Shown here: one piece after another, positions 61,111-64,000 of the stretch
Layout of the letters: each line of letters opens with the position of its first letter
Position numbering within the stretch: the stretch's first letter is position 1
From: Acidobacteriota bacterium
Lineage (GTDB): Bacteria > Acidobacteriota > UBA6911 > RPQK01 > JADFOI01
NCBI GenBank assembly: GCA_963663035.1
Contig: OY760074.1
Location: 2,688,001-2,752,000 of the forward strand
Direction of reading: 5' to 3'
DNA: 64,000 nucleotides
Translations under genes and position numbers: made by a program
Notes under the pieces: model-generated
Told to the model about the DNA's origin: nothing
Seen by the model: the letters and a program-made list of their open reading frames with translations, nothing else
The model's database searches: none

Positions 61111-61572
61111 TCAAACCTCCCCTACATCATCAGCAGCACCACAAAAGCAGCACCACAAAACAACAAACACAATTGTGACTGTGACGGTGATAGTACCGTG
61201 AAACAGGCGTAGCGTGTGCGACCAGGCAACGCTCCACTTCCCGTCTACACTTTCTTCAAACGGTTGAGTGTTCATCGAGAAATCGACCTGCTCCGCCTTC
61301 GCACCTCTGACGTGGTCGTAGAGCTTCCGAAACAGACGCTCTTGGCGCAAGAAATACGCATCAAGCGCCCAGAACATGAAGACCGGAAAGTAGGTCAGGA
61401 CCACAAAGAGCAAGTTGGTGCTGGCGGCGGCGAGCGCGAACAAGGCCGCAACCAACGTCACGTTCCAGCGCTTGATGAGGAACGAGTTGCTCGCCATTCT
61501 TGTGATGACCGCTTGGATCATCTGCAGGTGCGCGATCTTGGCTTCCATGCCGTTCCTTTCGTCATCTGTCAT
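61111..61572 (-). CDS. Multi-pass membrane protein coupled to the TIR gene (putative effector)
   Basis: HLQMIQAVITRMASNSFLIK.W, FWALDAYFLRQERLFRKLYD; three hydrophobic segments; stop 2 bp before the TIR start. Confidence 0.75.
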   Translation of the reverse strand: MTDDERNGMEAKIAHLQMIQAVITRMASNSFLIKRWNVTLVAALFALAAASTNLLFVVLTYFPVFMFWALDAYFLRQERLFRKLYDHVRGAKAEQVDFSMNTQPFEESVDGKWSVAWSHTLRLFHGTITVTVTIVFVVLWCCFCGAADDVGEV

Positions 61573-61673
61573 GTTGCCCTGTTTTGATAAGACCCGCGCC
61601 CGCGCTTCAGCGCTCCGCTTATTTAAGGGGCCTTTCTCTGAGCCTTCCCGCAAGAGCCGAGGCCAGAAGGGAA

Positions 61674-61735
61674 GCGGCAAGTTACCGTAGGGGAGTTTGT
61701 TAATCTGCGCCCGCCACCATGACTAGCTTGTACGG
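61674..61735 (-). pseudogene. repA: Short repA remnant 2
   Basis: PYKLVMVAG.. / NKLPYGNLP vs PYTLAMIAGVNNKLPFGNFP in remnant 1. Confidence 0.6.
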
Positions 61736-61800
61736 ACTATGCATGGGCCTTTCCGTCGGAACGCCACCGACAGCCCCGCGACCGCTTCGTCAGCACATCC

Positions 61801-62118
61801 TCAGCCGTTGCAAACCGGCTTCCACTTCTCGATCAGGTCGTCTTCCTCCGCACGACGCAGCCGCTCATCACTAGGAGTAGTGTGTGTATGGATGTGGGTT
61901 GCACTGTTTCGCGTGGCGCACGCCTCCTTTTCGTGATCGGCCAGACGCTCTGAGAGGCTGGAGGTCTGTCCAATGTACACAGGACGCCAGCTCCGTGGTG
62001 TTGTTTCCGCAGCATAGATGTAGTTACCGGGTTCATCCTTGAAATCCGCTCCAATCGGACAAATCCAATAGTCGTACGTCTTACCCGAACCGCCTTTCCA
62101 TTTGATGCTTTTAGCCAT
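61801..62118 (-). CDS. Small GIY-YIG-like nuclease
   Basis: PGNYIY...PVYIGQTSSLSERLADH...EEDDLI...PVCN; GAGGGGAG RBS. Confidence 0.72.
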   Translation of the reverse strand: MAKSIKWKGGSGKTYDYWICPIGADFKDEPGNYIYAAETTPRSWRPVYIGQTSSLSERLADHEKEACATRNSATHIHTHTTPSDERLRRAEEDDLIEKWKPVCNG

Positions 62119-62133
62119 TGATCTCCCCTCTGA

Positions 62134-63513
62134 GAGCTACCCTCAAAAGGTGTGTAAATAGCACAGGCGGTGATTATCCTTCCGGGTGAAAATAAAAACC
62201 CGGGCGGAAGAGCCCGAAAGGAAGGAGTCACACCGCCATGAGCAAGAAGAACATTGATCACAGTGTGGAGTCAAGAGTCTGCTTTGAACAGCTGGAAGAG
62301 TGGGTGCGAGAGCAGATCCAGTTTTACGTACAGGAACTGCTGGAGGATGAAGTGACACAGCTGCTGGGACGAAGAAAGAATGAGCGTCGCCGAGAAGTGG
62401 ACGCCTCCGGTGGCTATCGCAACGGCTACGGCAAGGAGCGGCGACTGACGATGAGTTGCGGAACGATCAAGCTGCGGCGTCCCCGAGTGCGGGATCTGGA
62501 AGAGCGTTTTGAGAGCCGGGTCTTGCCGCTGTTTGCCAAGCGAACGCGAGAGGTACGAGACTTGATTCCAGAACTCTATTTACATGGTCTGGCCGAGGGG
62601 GATTTCGATCTGGCCTTGAGAGGGCTTTTAGGGGAAGAAGCGCCGCTGTCCCCCAGCACCGTAGCCCGGTTGAAACAGAAGTGGCAGGGAGAAATGGAGG
62701 CCTGGCAGAGCCGTCGGCTGGATGATCTGGAAGTCGTGTATTTGTGGGCGGACGGCGTGTACATCAAAGCAGGGCTGGAGAAGGAGAAGGCCGTGATTCT
62801 GGTAGTGATCGCCGCTTTAAGTGATGGCACTAAAGTGGTGGTGTCCGTCAGTAGTGGTTATCGAGAATCGACCCAGAGCTGGTCCGCAGTGCTGCGGGAT
62901 CTCAAAGAGCGGGGGATGAACCCACCCCGTCTGGTGATCGCTGACGGGCATCTGGGGATCTGGGGAGCGTTGCGCAACGTGTTCCCAGAAGCCGACGAGC
63001 AGAGATGCTGGAATCATCGCATCGTCAACTTGCTGGCCAAGATCCCCAAGAGTCGGCACAAAGCGGCCTTGTTGATGTTGCGGCAGATCCCTTATGCAGA
63101 AACACGGCAGGAAGCCGAGCGAGTCAAAGGACGATTCCAACATTGGTGTAGCAAGAGAGGCCTGGAGGCAGCGGCTGATCTGATCGACCAGGACTGGGAG
63201 CGGATGGTGACGTTTTACAACTATCCCAAACAGCAGTGGCAACATCTGCGGACTACCAACCCAGTGGAGTCTCCCTTCTCTGCTCTGCGACTGCGAACCG
63301 ATGCTGCTCGAAGGTTCAAGAAAGTGGCCAACGCACGGGCTGTCATCTGGAAGATGCTGCTGGTCGCTGAGAAGAGATTTCGCCGTTTGAAGGCTCCCCA
63401 CTTGATGAAGGATGTCTACCAAGGAGCCCAATATGTCAATGGAGTTCCAGTCAACCCAGTCACCCAGGAGAAAGCCGCCTGATGTCTATTTACACACTTA
63501 TTGACGGAACCTC
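62134..63513 (+). mobile_element. IS256-family element (transposase 62238..63482)
   Basis: 28-bp IRs GAGCTACCCTCAAAAGGTGTGTAAATAG / CTATTTACACACTTATTGACGGAACCTC; RNGY, LWADG, QRCWNH, RTTNPVES. Confidence 0.93.
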
Positions 63514-63593
63514 TACTAGACCGTCTAAATATCTAGCTTAACTAGCCATCCCATAAGTTTAGGCGAAGCGTTGGGAGCATAGAGCCATCTTCC

Positions 63594-63710
63594 CTGATCG
63601 GCTTGGGTGAAGTGCCGACGCGCCTGGGGCGAGGTGTCTCGGATTGTTTGCACCGGTCCGGGCAGTTTACCGAGGGCTTCCCCGATGGAAATCAAGTCGT
63701 CCCTTGCCAC
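63594..63710 (-). pseudogene. repA: repA 5' remnant 3
   Basis: LISIGEAL...RDTSPQARRHFTQADQ vs LVPIGEVV...RDASPQARRGFTVADQ in remnant 1. Confidence 0.7.
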
Positions 63711-63716
63711 CTAACG

Positions 63717-64000
63717 TCAAGGATTTTGGTACGTAAACCCAGCCTTCGTGATTTCCTCGCCGAAGGTTTCAAGCCATTCAATCAACAAGCCGTACACATT
63801 AACAGCAGCCTCGGCTACCTCTTTTGATTGATTGTTGGTGTAGGTATATCCGTGTTGCCACAACTGATGAACAATCCGGTTCCGCCTCTGATTGAGTTGT
63901 TGTAATTCGCCGACAAAAACTGCCTTGGGATAACCCTGATCTATCAGATACAGTCCGTATGCAGCAACAAGTTGGTTGAAAATCCCGCGTGGTTTATTGA
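63717..64000 (-). CDS. 3' end of a HEPN-motif protein (5' end outside window)
   Basis: Manual translation ...ELQQLNQRRNRIVHQLWQHG...TYQNP*; R-x4-H motif RNRIVH in a helical context. Confidence 0.55.
   Translation of the reverse strand, partial: NKPRGIFNQLVAAYGLYLIDQGYPKAVFVGELQQLNQRRNRIVHQLWQHGYTYTNNQSKEVAEAAVNVYGLLIEWLETFGEEITKAGFTYQNP

Noticed and set aside
60611-61572. Canonical Thoeris type I/II
   Set aside because: No SIR2-SLOG or Macro-domain ThsA recognisable in the window.

Overview
Mosaic accessory region of a Gram-negative bacterium. An Acidobacteriota-like host is inferred from the protein families; no rRNA, intact tRNA or CRISPR array was seen. Left to right: a partial tfoX gene; a six-gene cluster of exported TPR, CsgG/FlgO-like, beta-propeller and thioredoxin-fold proteins (0.7-9.4 kb); a tripartite HipBST-like toxin-antitoxin locus with three palindromic operators spaced 72 bp apart; and an orphan UbiD. 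Next come two tandem attR-like tRNA-Asp 3' fragments with a shared arm, bracketing an AbiE (type IV TA) pair embedded in duplicated ORF6N genes. An IS-riddled middle section (IS6, IS1380, gene fragments) follows, then a GC-rich conjugative element (ardC, virB2-4/9/10/5-like/6/8, frameshifted virD4 and virB11, nuclease, no recognisable relaxase) ending at an IS3, and a DUF1800/DUF1501 pair. The right end holds a defence-like cluster: HEPN-motif, GIY-YIG-like, membrane, TIR (DUF1863/ThsB-like) and Pro-rich repeat ORFs interleaved with three repA remnants. Best novelty candidates are the TM-TIR-Pro-repeat module with its repA-punctuated array, the exported CsgG/TPR operon, and the tandem tRNA-Asp att units. 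All family calls come from motif recognition by eye, not database searches.
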